A stretch of 64,000 bases of DNA from Raillietiella orientalis (Eukaryota), in contig JAYWIR010000007.1 of NCBI GenBank assembly GCA_036172245.1, positions 4,464,001-4,528,000 on the forward strand, given 5' to 3'. The position numbers and the translations under genes are program-made. The notes under the pieces were generated by a model. It saw nothing but the letters and a program-made list of their open reading frames with translations, was not told where the DNA came from and did no database searches. Positions 25,901 to 37,773 of this stretch are shown here, piece by piece (positions within the stretch are counted from its first letter, which is position 1; every line of letters starts with the position of its first letter).

Positions 25901-26084
25901 GATCCTAGGCTCGGGGAACAGCAGGGAACGAGCAATTCCTTCCTTCCCTTTATTCCCTCCTCTGTCTGTCTCAAACCATTTGCTGGCGAAGAAAGGTTGG
26001 CGTCCATGGTTCGCCGGGAGGTATGCTGCTTCAGGCCAATTGTGGATTCCGCCCAATCGCCCAACCCAGCTTGTCATCCGCGTT

Positions 26085-26615
26085 CACCACGGTGATCGGA
26101 CGCCAGTTGCTGATGAATCTCAGATGAAATCCCTGGAAGGACCGACGTCGAGAAAAAGGGGGAGAGGGAAGGAGGCTTCGTGAGTTTCGAGTCGCCCCGC
26201 AGGATGGTCGCTCCCTGGTTGGCCTACCGACTTCCGCTGCGGCACTGGTGGAGGAGACAGCCGGATGCCCCAGTCGACTGGCCGGGAGTGGAAGTGCACC
26301 CTCCCCCGGGACATCAAAGAGCCCTCCGGGGTTGCTCTCCGGTTGCAGAAATGGAGCCTCCCTCCCTCGAAGGGGACACTCCATCGCGTACTATGGAGTT
26401 GGTTGGTTGGTGCCAATCCCCATAGCGTCAGGAAGCGCGCTGCTCCCTTCGGGGAGCGGACCCTTCAGAGAAATTTCGGGAAGGTCCCTTCGGTGTTCTC
26501 TTCAGAGGAAGAAGCCGAGAGAGCATCCTTTTCAAGGGGTCCTGTCAGAGAAGAAAATGAGTAATCCCCTCCGGAGAGAATGAGGAAGAAATTCCCCTAC
26601 CAAGCGTAGGAGGTT
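26085..26615 (+). mobile_element. SINE-X copy 3 (degenerate head, 3' end interrupted)
   Basis: GTGAGTTTCGAGTCGCCCCGCAGGATG...GGATGCCCCAGTCGACTGGCCGGGA...CTCCATCGCGTACTATGGAG, collinear with the other copies. Confidence 0.7.
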
Positions 26616-26617
26616 GT

Positions 26618-27262
26618 AACCTGGTCATGCCGGAACATTAAGCAACAATTCTGAGGGAAAATGCATTCCTAAAAAACAAGAAAAAACAACAAAAGTTCTT
26701 CGGAGATGATGCTGGCCAGCTTCCAAAAGGAAGGGAACGGAGAGAAGGGGCAATAAATCAAAAAAAAGAAGGGAAGGTGGGGACGAGATACCAAAGTCTT
26801 TGGTATCAAACGTTCCCATTCTTCTAGAAGCAACGCTGGATGACGGTGATTTCCCTGGCGACTTCCGGCAGGTGAGGCCACCTTGCTGCTGCCCTCATGA
26901 GGGCTGCTGTCATGCTGGTGGCTCTTCTCGCCGCTAACCTGCTTCTAGCACGTGGCGGACTGTCATGATGGCGTTGATGCAGCAGGTTGCTGCGATCACA
27001 GCGCCTTACTCCAGTCCATCTTTGGTGAAGAAGCGCCGCAGCAGGTGGTGGCAGTGCCTTGGAGTTGACGGAGTGCCAAAGCCAGTCTCCGCCACAAGTC
27101 TTGCAAGTCGATACACTCTAAGAGGTGAGGAAGTGATTCCATCACTCCGCACCTAAGACAGTTTGGGAGGCAACTCCGGAAACCAGGAGTTTGCGTTGAT
27201 TGCACTGGAAATCCTCAGTGCAGGAACAGCAGAACATCCTGTTTCTAGCGCAGCGGGAACAC
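26618..27262 (-). mobile_element. LINE-A 3' fragment
   Basis: CLRCGVMESLPHLLEC zinc finger in ORF 26996-27205; terminus TAATGTTCCGGCATGACCAGGTT. Confidence 0.8.
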
Positions 27263-27264
27263 GG

Positions 27265-27488
27265 AGGTGTCCACGCAGAAGGAAGGGACCATGAGTTCTT
27301 CGGAGGGCACACCAGGAAGCGCACACTTTTTTTCAAATTTTTTTTTTCCCCCAAGCTGCCTAGGCAAACCCCGCCGGTCTGCGTGCTGGTTTCTCGGGAG
27401 GTTCTGAGCATTTTCGGACAATGTTGGCCCGATGGGCCTACACATGTATGTTTATTTTTGATAATAAACGTCCCGGCGTGACCGGGTG
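27265..27488 (+). mobile_element. LINE-A 3' UTR/tail
   Basis: T tract, GCCGGTCTGCGTGC UTR core, terminus AATAAACGTCCCGGCGTGACCGGGTG. Confidence 0.8.
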
Positions 27489-27489
27489 A

Positions 27490-29900
27490 TAAGCCAAGAA
27501 GTTCATTCCACCGAAGGAGTCCTTTGCCCGGAAACAAGGAGTGGCGGCGTTCACCAACTCGCTTGTCCAGGAGTTTTTCGGCTCCGGCCATGTTTCAAAA
27601 CTCCCACTATGGCGGTTGGCTGTTGTCATTGTTTTCCCTGAGGGCAGACAGCGCTGCAACAAGGAATGAGATGGCTAATCGGGACCGTTGCGACCAATCC
27701 TGCAGATCTCCCAGCGGTTTGCGTAAGAGACCTGCAACGTCTCAATTCCTCTGGGCGCATTGCCAATGTGGAAGCAAAAAAGGAACAGACTTCCCACGTC
27801 GGAGTCCTTCCTGGATTCGTAAGATGCTCCCCTCCCGGGTAACTCGTGTGACTCTTCAAGCTGAAGAGTTGCATGTACCCTCGGGTGAAGTGGACCAGCT
27901 TCGCTCCCCCCCCCCTTCCGAGAAGGCGAGCGGTTCTTCGGCACTCAACGAACGAAAAAGGAAGAGCCGGACTCTTGCTGCAGGTCTGCGGAGTGAGTGC
28001 CTGTAGTGGGCCTGATGGCGTGCAGGTCTCGCAGCTCCTCGCGAACTGTTCGTTGTTGCATTGCTTCCAGAAAGTTCTCCGGTCGCAGCGGAAGCGGACT
28101 TTTGCACTGGGAGTCGAGAGCACGCTGCGCGGGTCAGGTCACTGGTGCATCGACATGCACGTGCGCCGTCAATGCAGCGGTTAAGCAAGGACAGTTTGGA
28201 TCGGTCTCCACAGCAACCGACCGGGCGACGGCGTCCCTTCCTCCTTGGTGCCGCCGTAGTGTGGTCGTTCGGTTTCGCGCCACAGGACCGAAGCCGCGAC
28301 GCGCACCATGCTTTCCGTTTTTCAGGAGTTCCCGGGAATTTTGCTCTTCCGTCCCTTCTACATCGAAGGCTTATCCTCCACCTTAGTTCCAACCCACTCG
28401 CATCGACCCCCAAAGCATGGGACTCCGCGGAATCCGGAGGCGGAAGACTCTCTTCGCTGTCCTAGAGGGCGCGAGCAGATCTGTCAATTCCGTCGCGGAT
28501 GGTGCGTCAGATGCAGCACCACCGCTCTGGCCTGGTGTACGGCAAGAGAATCCCAATTTTCCCGCTATCTTCCAGGGTCGGGATTTTTTTTTCCAGTTCA
28601 GCGAGCGGTGGAATGGTCTATTGCAAGCGGCAACTTTACTCGACAAACGAAGACGGGGGGGAGACAATGCGCGCAGAATGGGCCGCTGTTCTGTTCGTAG
28701 CATCCCCCTTCTCACCTCTCGCGGCGTGATCGACTCGCTCTGGGGTGTGAGTGGGGTACCGGGTCCCGCTTGCGCTCGGGCATGCGCGCGCGCCTTTTGC
28801 AAGACGCATCGGACACCGTTCGTGCTGGGACCCTTCGCGGATGCCTATTTCCCTCATTAGCAGTCCTGTGAGAACCCCCCACTGCAGCCACCCATTTCCC
28901 CTGTCTCAGCTCCCACCTTATCGCGAAGTTCGTGATGAGGAACGCCGATGGCAATCCTTACCATGCGACCATATGCGGAAACTCTCTCTCTCTCCTGATT
29001 CCTCTTCAAGTCCACCGAGTGTTTGCGTCCCGATCTGATCCAGCAAACTGTCCATCGCCTCCCCTCCGATCCTGGATCAATGATGCTCGGCTGGATTCCT
29101 CCTTCTCTGTGTACCTCCTCTTCTTGAGATTCTCCGTCGGGCACCGAAGTCATGAAGACATCCCCCTATAGGACATCCGGAGGTCATCTTGAAATTTCCA
29201 GTGGCAGTTCCGGCTTCCAAGCTGTGGTTACGATAAGCGTGGGCCGTCTGATGTCGATAGGCGGCCGCGTTGACGACCACCTTCCCTGAGTCACGCATCG
29301 GGACGCAGTCGTTCAGATGGTTTGTCACACCCGGCGCCACTCGTTCCCGTGATCCCACCGCAGCTCTCTTGTCCTGTGGGCCGCACGTCCGTGGATCCTC
29401 GTCGTGTGTTGGAACGATGGCCTTTCGCGATGGTCTTTACTCGTTGAGAACCACCTGCATTGCCCAATCTTTGGTTAAAGCCTTCGAACGATCATGGGCT
29501 GTTCCGCTGCCTGCGGAATGGGACCGAAGTAGCGAATCTCCAGGGTCGCTTCTTCCATCCAAAGCTTCTCCTCCTGGAGGATCACTTTCATCCGGTTGTT
29601 GTTGATGACCAGCACTTGCTTTCCTCAGCCGCGTGGGGTGGATGTTCATTCACTGGCCTGTCCTTGCCACCAGTGGTGGCACGGGTCCGCTTGGATTGTC
29701 GACCAGTTCGAGTGGCCTCCGCGAGCAGCCCCCGTGACTACCGCTCTTCCCAGTCTCTCTGCGGTATCCAGGGTAGCCTAGCATCCAGGAAATGTATCGC
29801 GAGTTCCACTGACCCCATTCTGGTGCCGCCTTCTTCCCTCAGGAGACCGAGGGTATTTGAGCTTCATGCTGGGTGTGCAGTTCTATAGGAAGTTCCGCTG
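27490..29900 (-). mobile_element. Ty3/Gypsy pol relic (RT, RNase H, integrase)
   Basis: RT-RH-IN order: MDSLLDQIG/SVDLK (~29030), FHRSLNW and LGFSCRTPGQSGGAASDAPS (TDH..L.W and F..PG..N..ADALS; 28500-28620), RRTFWKQCNNEQFARSCETC (integrase zinc-binding region, ~28050), SAVCPQGK (~27645). Confidence 0.7.
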
Positions 29901-29949
29901 AATCCTCGTCACTTGCTTTACGTCCTGTTTCCGTGGACAAACGACCCCT

Positions 29950-30980
29950 CCGAAGAGAACCCTGGAACGTTGGATGACGTTACAGAAACCTGCCTTTTGC
30001 CTTTCCGTTGTATTTGGTGCTTCTTCTGTGGTCTTCCGAAGGAGGCAACTCTCCCGGAAACAAGGTGCCTGTGCTGATGTACACCGGCAATCCCCATTGC
30101 AGGAACAGCAGGACCATCCGTTTCCAACGGAGCGGAAACACGAAGGAAGGCTCAACGCCAAATCCACTCCATCCTCTCTCCAAACCTCCTTCTGAGCAGT
30201 CCGTTGAAGTCAACACCTTGGCCGTTCGTTCACAGAGGCACCAGAGTCCACTGAATTTCGGACGCCTAGGCGTTTCCAGTGTGTTTGCACCGTTTAGTGA
30301 TGATAACCAGTGTGAGGGGTCGCAGGCATGCGATGTCATCAACCACTCTAAAGGAACCGATGCCCTTCAAGGAGCTGATGTCAGGAGTTTGGAGTCCTGA
30401 GAGTTGGTGGCCACGTCCGACGCATCCTGCATTGTCCCGGTATTTTCAGAAACGCATGCTCTTCCTTCATTAAGAGGGAGAGCCAGGTCAACATGCGTCA
30501 ACCTTCATGAAGAGGTCATCGGCATGCGCCAGGCAGGTGAGTCTTTTGCCGTCCGCTGTTTACCCTTTGAAGCAGCAGCCCTGGTATGCATCATTCTGGA
30601 CTCCGTTCCTGGGTAGAGTGCGAACAGCATCGGGATCGAAAAGAATCCTCGGAGGCTGTCTCTTTCCGTCCAGATGGCCGTATTCTCGGTTAAAGAACCT
30701 CTGAAGATGGTGCTCCTCGCTCTGCCCCACCACGACCTTTTCAGGTGTCGGCGGCCTCTGCTGCCCGAAGTGTATCCGTCCGAAAGAGGTGTAGGACGCG
30801 CGCGCATCCACCCCTTTTTCCCCCAAGGGGGCGAAACTCCTCCCAACACGGTGCTCATTCTGCGCTGAAGAAGTGCGCAGTCGCCGTCTTCGGCCAACAA
30901 CGTCGAATCTGAGTGGCGTTGTCGCTACCGAGACCGCGAGGTCACGCCATGAATGCGGGCGAACATCGGCTTTCAGGGTG
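29950..30980 (-). mobile_element. LINE-A ORF2 C-terminal body fragment, no tail
   Basis: VLLFLQWGLPV; 30040-30250 is clearly homologous at DNA level to 33920-34115 and 27160-27245. Confidence 0.7.
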
Positions 30981-31249
30981 AAACACACGGAACTTGCGTG
31001 TACGCACGCATACCTTTAGAACCCGCTTTTCAACCACAGCCGCGGAATAACACACCTTATGGCATCTTGACCACACGTGTGGTGGAGCCACATGGCCACC
31101 GCCACAGAAACCGCTTATCTTCTCCAGCACCTCGGACGGCAGAGATGGAAAAGTGCGAGTCCCTGGTTTTAGTACCCCCGTGTGGACGCTCGGGAATCCA
31201 GATCGACAGTAGAAAAAAAAAACTACGAGAAGGACAGCAGCGTTCTGAT

Positions 31250-32458
31250 TAACTCGGAAACGACACGGGGAAGGGGAGGGAACGGTGAAACGCAGACCTT
31301 TCTCTTCTGCCCTTCTGCATTGCAACGCAGCCTCTCCCACTGCGGACTGCAGCTCCGGAGGTTAGCGACTCTGACAAGGACCAACGACACCTGCGTCTCC
31401 TACCGCCCCGCGAACTGCAGTGCCTGGTTACAGGAAACCGTTCTCATGTAGGCGAGGAACCAAGGGAGATGCCCGGAACAGACAAAGCGATTCCTGTACG
31501 GGCCTTACAGGAGCTGCTCGCCCAGGGAGATCCTCGAACATCCCAGGAAAGGTGCGTGGGAAGGAAGAACCTTCCTTGCCGCGGTGCTTCCCGCCCTGAA
31601 GGAACACATGGGCATTCCGGCAGGAGAACAGGTCTGGATGAGTGGACGATGGACCAGCTTGCAGGCGCTGCGACCCCGAGTGCCCCATCCCGAGGGCTTC
31701 TGCTCTAAGACGAGCTGCTGGGTATTCCTGAGGAAGATCTGCAGCGGCCACCAGTGCTCTTGGACTACCAGGCTCTCCCACCAAAGTGACAGGAGTGGCA
31801 GGGACTTCCTCCCATGCAACACCCTCAGGAATCACTGGACACGGGGAAGAGAGGACGAGTCCGAACTGTGCCAGGTGAGAGGAGCGCGAATCTCTCCCGC
31901 ACCTGCTTGTGGATTCTGTTGCCCTCCGTCTCCTCTGGGAACCCTTCGCCCCAGGAACCCCCAGCGGCAACTCCAGGGACGCTTTAAGATCCCTCCTCCA
32001 ATGCGACGTCCTTCGACCGGCAGTCTCGCTAGCAGCTCTCTGCTGCCTGCGCGAGATTGTAGAGGTCTGGAGTGACGCGAGAGGAGGGCGGAGAGACAGG
32101 GGTGCCACATCCACTTCGCTGTTCGCTTCATGAGGATGGTAACAAGATGGTCCCACCTGGAAAGCAACAACGTACAGCAAGAGTTTGCCGGCATCCTCGA
32201 AAGGATACAGAGGACCATCCTCAGCAGGATGTGGCCCCTTTCCGTATCGCCCCCCCTCTCCAAATTTATTTATTTATTTGTACTTTTTTCTTTTTGTTTG
32301 ATCCCTCTCCCCTCTGCTGTTGTGGAGGACCTCACCGGTCTGCGAACCGGCAACCCGGCAGGTTAGAACTGAAAGAGACATGGCTGGACCGCCGGCCCAA
32401 TCACGGGGATCGCGAATGTTTGTTTATTCATAAATAAACGCCCCGGAGCACTCAAGTG
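31250..32458 (+). mobile_element. LINE-A 3' fragment
   Basis: PANCSAWLQE, ESLPHLLVD, AALCCLREIV, RWSHLE..EFAGILERIQRT; terminus AATAAACGCCCCGGAGCACTCAAGTG. Confidence 0.8.
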
Positions 32459-32499
32459 ACAACGAACCACCATTCTGGTCACGGCACACTGTTTTAAAA

Positions 32500-32947
32500 A
32501 ATGCAGTGCCCTCGAGGACTCGCTCCTGCGCTCCGACAACCTCAGGTCACCGCAGTGGACTTGCTGCAGCGCTCCTTCACCGGAGGCAGGCTGACAGAGA
32601 TCACAGGGGTGCCGCCGAATCCATGAAGATGGCAACAAGAGGGTATTCATCCTGGAAAGCAACATGCAGCATGAGCTTGCCAGCACCCTCAAAAGGACAC
32701 AGAGGACCACCCCCAGCAGGACATGACCCCTTTCCGCACCTCCTTCTCCTCCCCCCCCCAAATTTATTTATAGGTATTTTTATCTTTTCGTTCGCCCCCT
32801 CCCCTCTGCTGCCGTAGCGGACCTCGCCGGTCTGCGTACCGACAACCCAGCAGGTTCCCCTTGAATGGGCTGGTTGGACCACTGGCCTTTCCACAAAAAT
32901 TGTGATGCTATTTTTATACTAAATAAACGCCCCGGCGCACCCGGATG
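32500..32947 (+). mobile_element. LINE-A short 3' copy, tandem to the previous copy
   Basis: Repeats 32000-32458; terminus AATAAACGCCCCGGCGCACCCGGATG. Confidence 0.8.
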
Positions 32948-33325
32948 GCAAGTCTTCTGCAGGCGCGGCACTGGTGGTAACGACGGCACCGATCAACGCC
33001 GGAACTTCTCAAGTGGACGCTCGGGCTGCTCGTGCGGCTTTCATTCCGTGGGACCTTCGGCGACGTCGCATGCACTGTTGTGACGGATGCTGCATAGATG
33101 GTGCCGCCACGTTGGTCCGCTCCAATCCTCGTCAGTTCTTCTCGTCTTCCCTGTGTCCCACGGACCGCGTCCCCGAAGCACCTTTCGGTCACCTCCGAGG
33201 CCGACGGAAGCGCCGTGTTTGCACGCGTACTGCGCACTTTCTGCGCGCCATCGCGTCTGGGAGTCCCTCAGACGGGAGGCGGTGTTTTCTCAGCACCCTA
33301 CTCTCCCAGAAGGCAGTGCATGAGG

Positions 33326-34140
33326 TTTTTACCTGGTGGAGCCGGGGCGTTTATTTTATTTTGTATTTTTTCTATAGAAAACCGCAAGTCGAGAGGGAGC
33401 GGCGTCCCCTGAATCCAAGGGATGACAAGAGGAAAAAAAAGTTTACTTGGAAGGGCCACCGGCACGCAGGCTGGCCTCTAAGGAAGTAGGGAACGGAGGG
33501 AGCAGACAATGAATAATTAAAAAAAAAAAAATATGAGGGAAGGGACAGAGGTTTTCTCTTTGGTTTTCTTCATTCTTTTCTTCCTGGAAGCGGCTGAGTT
33601 TGGTGACAACCACCCTGATGACTCTTCTCGCAGGTGAGACCACCTTGCAGCTGCCCTCATAGAGGCGGCTGCCGTGCTGGTGGCCTCTTTTCGCTGAAGA
33701 CGAGACTCCAACACATGAAGGACTGTCACTGTGGCGCGGATGCAGGATCTCGTTGCGATCACCGCACCCGTCTTCAGCGCGCCTTGAGTGAAGTGCCTCA
33801 GCTAGTCCGAAGAGGGAGGTCCTGCGTTCGACAGAGCGCAGAAGACTGCAGACTCCAGAGCACTGCAGACCAGCAGGAGTTGCGGGAACGATTCCGTCGC
33901 CCTGCACGTTTAACAGCTTAGGGAGGCAACTCCCGAAAACCAGCTGCCTGATTTGGGGTGCACCGGCAGTACCCATTGCAGGAACAGCAGGACCAATCCC
34001 GTTTCCAGAGGAAGGAAGGCACAACGCCAGATCTGCTCCATCCTCTAAAGCTTCCTCTGAGCGGTCTGTTGACGTCAGAACCTTGGCTGTTCATTCACAG
34101 CTGAGCCAGAGTCCACCAATACCAGGGACAGTGGTGCCAG
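33326..34140 (-). mobile_element. LINE-A 3' fragment
   Basis: VLLFLQWVLPV, C*TCRATESFPQLLLVC, SCIRATV, RWSHL; terminus AATAAACGCCCCGGCTCCACCAGGT followed by A5. Confidence 0.8.
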
Positions 34141-35835
34141 AGTACGCAACAATTCACGCGGCAGCGCGCATCGCATTGCAGCGTGCTGGTTAGTTGGCCA
34201 ACGGCAGCATTCTCAAACGGCGAAGCAATGAGCTGGTTCTTCCATTGGACGACGGCCAGATGACTCCACTGTACCAGAAGGCAATGGATGGCCCATCAGT
34301 TTCACCGAATGAGAGGGCGCTGTACCACTCGGATGGGTCCCTATTGTTCGTGCTGACACGAACGGCAAGGAACAGCTACACCGTTTACTGATGATGACCT
34401 GCTCTGCGGGGTCTCATCCCTTTCGTTGAACTGCTCGGAGAATCAAGGCGCGCAGGGACACCGCAAAAAAAACATCATCGGCTTCTTGCCACGACTAGGA
34501 GGCTGGCCGGGAAGGGCCACCTCTTTTGACAATGCAGGAAGGAAGCGAGCAGGAAAATCCCGGTTGACGAAACGAGCACGTCCCGATGCCAACGGGAATG
34601 AAGAAGGCCCTCGTCGGTGGCGGGACGCGGATACATGAACCCGACGTCTTTCTCTCCCGCTTCCCGCCTCCCGCTCGTCTCCAGGCCGATTCCCGGGAGA
34701 TGTGGGGCGACGATTCGTCCGGAGCGGAGGATTTCTACCAGAACTTCCCCCCTCCCGGAACCGCGAGCGTTCCGAGTGTTCCCCGCTTCAACGTCGACGG
34801 GGGAAGAGGCGACGGTGTTCCCGAACATCAGCCGTTTCGACATGCCTCGCTGGTTCTGCTGCAGGAATAATAATGGAATGTCCTTCCTGCGATGCGAAGG
34901 ATAAACGGCGTGGAAGGAACGATGCGAAGGAATTCATTAGAAACACACAAACAGATAAGGATGCCCCAATTGTTATCTCTCGTATTAAAACTTGAATAAC
35001 AATCCAACGCCGACCATCCGGTTGCACTAACAGAAAGGAATGACAAGCTGGGATTGCATCCTGTCATTTGGATTCGGGATCGCGATACGTGGGGGATGGG
35101 CAGCAGGCGATCTTCCTGCGCTATCGAGTAAACAGGCTATCGGATCTGTTCGCACCCAGAGCTTCCTCTGTCCCCCGCATCCGGGGGAGTAGGGGGGTAG
35201 GACCTCGGGGAAACGACCCACGGCAACCGAGGAGGGGAGAGGAGGCGAGCTTCCAACTCGGGCGACGCACGCAGGGGGGCGGAAGCGGAATGCAGGAAGC
35301 GGCGGTGGCGGCACGGGTGCAGGAGCTTCGCGGGCGCTCAAAGGGCGAAACCGCTCTCAGGGGCGGGCTCGAGCGCGTCGGGCCGGAGGAGGAAGGAACG
35401 GAAGTCGACGGGGAAATTCGGATTTCGGGGGAACGGCCTCAAAGGACACATAAAAAGCGGGGTTACCCTTAAGCCGAGGTGGAATTTCGAAAGCTTTCAC
35501 GTTCCTGGCGCGCACCTGGAGCCGTTCGGAGCGCGGCACTCTCTGGATGCGCTTTCGCCGCAGCTTCCCGGAAAGAAGCGGAAAAAAGGGGAAGTTTTTT
35601 TTTTTTTTTCTTTTCCGGGGTTTTCTTTTTGTGGGTTCGCTAAACACTGGAGAACCGTCCGCCTCCTCGGGGAAGACACGCGAAGCTCTTTGAGGCCAGA
35701 GGGTATGTGCGACTCTTCAGGTCGATGGGGCGCTCCGGAGGGGACCACCCTATGGAATCCAGGAAGGCTCCGGAGGAAAAAGCTCGTTCCCTTCACGCCC
35801 GGGAGGGAATCCTCATTCCTGGTTGCCTCCGATTC

Positions 35836-36436
35836 CTTCCCGGACACCCAGCCGGGGTGTTCCTTAAAATTAAAAGGAATCTCACATCCTGTGGTAGGGC
35901 ACAAGTGACCCAGCCACACTCCGTTTGCCCACGGATCTGGCCGTGTCGCCTGTGCTCAGAACCGGTGGGGCTTCCCTCGGCAGTTGGAGAGGGATGAGAG
36001 AAAACAAAAAGAAAGGGTAAATAAAAATGAATGAAAATCTTTGGGAGGGTCGTCAGTGTCCACTGGAGGCAGTCCGCATCCTTCCCAGGGTATCGGCTAC
36101 ATCCGTCTGAATAGGTCCGAGGCAGGGCCATCGGATCGCCATCCTCAGAAAGCGGAAGTGCGAGCTGGACGGCGCCCCACTCGTTTTTTCCTCTGCAGGC
36201 TTCGCTCCAGGCCGCCACAATCGCGCGGATGCAGCAGAGCGCTGCCGGGTCTGCGTCTGGCTGCAGGGCGTCCCGCACAAAGAGGAAAGGCGCAAAACGT
36301 TCCTAGGGACGTGCCAACCTGGATCCAGAAGGTCGTTCCAAAACACGCTCCCATCGGGGCCAGAGGGCAGCGCAGTCCACGAGTAGGTATGGGAGGGAGG
36401 GAGGATTCCCGTTCCCCGCACCTGCGACAGTCCGGA
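35836..36436 (-). mobile_element. LINE-A 3' fragment nested in SINE-X
   Basis: CRRCGERES..LLVDCAAL, AALCCIRAIV; terminus AAGGAACACCCCGGCTGGGTG; flanked by an imperfect ~22 bp duplication. Confidence 0.8.
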
Positions 36437-36851
36437 GTCGCCCTCCACCCTGGTTGTCTTCGAAGGGAACTTCTTCCTCACTCACTCCGGGGGGACACCC
36501 CAACAGGGAGGGCACTGCTCATTTCTTCTCCGGAGGAAACCCTCCAAATGGGAACTGCTCCTTGGGTCCTCCTCCTCTTAAGAGAACCCCGAAGGGAGCA
36601 GCACTCTACTCTTTTTAATACGCTGGAGAGGCAACCCCTGAAGGGGATACCGACCATCTCCATAGTACGCAATGGAGGGTCTCCCCCGAGGATGGGTACA
36701 GCATCGTTTTCACAAGCGGAGGGTAACTTCGAAGGGAAAGAGGTTCCCTGATGTCCTGGAAGGACCTCAGAGGGTCAACTCCCAGTCCCGGAGGCCAGTC
36801 AACGGGGCATCGTAGGGTTTCCGACTTCCACCAGTGCCGTTGCAGACCAAC

Positions 36852-37773
36852 AGGAGGTGGCAAGCAGAACCTCCCTCGATGCCACGTTGTCACGCTGCCC
36901 TCTCTCAGGGAACACACGGGCAGCAGCCTTACGGCTAGATGGGAAGTACCTATGGAAATTGTCGGATGGAGAAGAGGACTGGACGAGTGAAAGACGGGCC
37001 AGCTCACCGACGCTGCGACCCCGATTGCTCGACCCCATGGACTTTTGCGCTGGGGAATGCTACTGGGTATTCCGGAGGAAGACCTGCAATGACTCCCATA
37101 CTCTTAGAAAGACGCACACCCTCCCGTTAAAAGTGGCAGGAGTCGGCGTTGATGCTGCTGCGCTGGGATCTCCTGCGCAACGCCCTCCGGCATTATTGGA
37201 CGCGGGTGGAAGGGGTGGACGCAAACTGTGCAAGGTACGGGGGGGTTAAATCCCTCCTGCACCTGCTAGTGGACTGTATTGCCCTTCGGCTTCTTTGAGG
37301 ACGCTTTGCCGCGACTCCTGGAATCCCCGGCGGCAACGCCAGAGACGTTCTGAAGCGTCTCTTCCTGCGCGACGCCCTCACTTCGGCAGGTCGCATCCCC
37401 AGCAGCACTTTGCTGCCCCTACGAGGTGGGATCGTGGCTGCATGGAGGAACGCCAGATGAGGCAAGTTCCTGTTTCAAGACTCCCAGATAGGGAACTTGC
37501 CGGCATCCTTACAAGGATGCAGAGGACGTCCTCCAGCATACAGTGATCCCTTCCCGAACCCCCCCATTTCTTGACTGTATTTTTTTCGTGTTATTTTTTT
37601 TTCTTTTTTTTTGTCTTCCTTTCTCCTGTGCTGCCGAGGAGACACCGCTGGCCTGGGTGCCAGATCCCGGCAGGTTCCTTTTCGTAGTCATAAGTAAAGT
37701 GGCAGGATCAAACGTCCTGCCACGGAGATGTATGCTTATTTTCTATAAATAAACGCTTCGGAGTGACCGAATG
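36852..37773 (+). mobile_element. LINE-A 3' fragment nested in SINE-X
   Basis: Homologous to 31600-32458; SLLHLLVDC, ELAGILTRMQRT; terminus AATAAACGCTTCGGAGTGACCGAATG. Confidence 0.8.

Noticed and set aside
30060..30130. Cys-rich domain CCSCNGDCRC
   Set aside because: It is an alternative frame of the LINE-A LLFLQWGLP segment.
34090..34130. Aspartic protease motif LVDSGS on the minus strand
   Set aside because: It lies just upstream of the LINE zinc finger within LINE-A, with no gag or RT context. Treated as coincidental.
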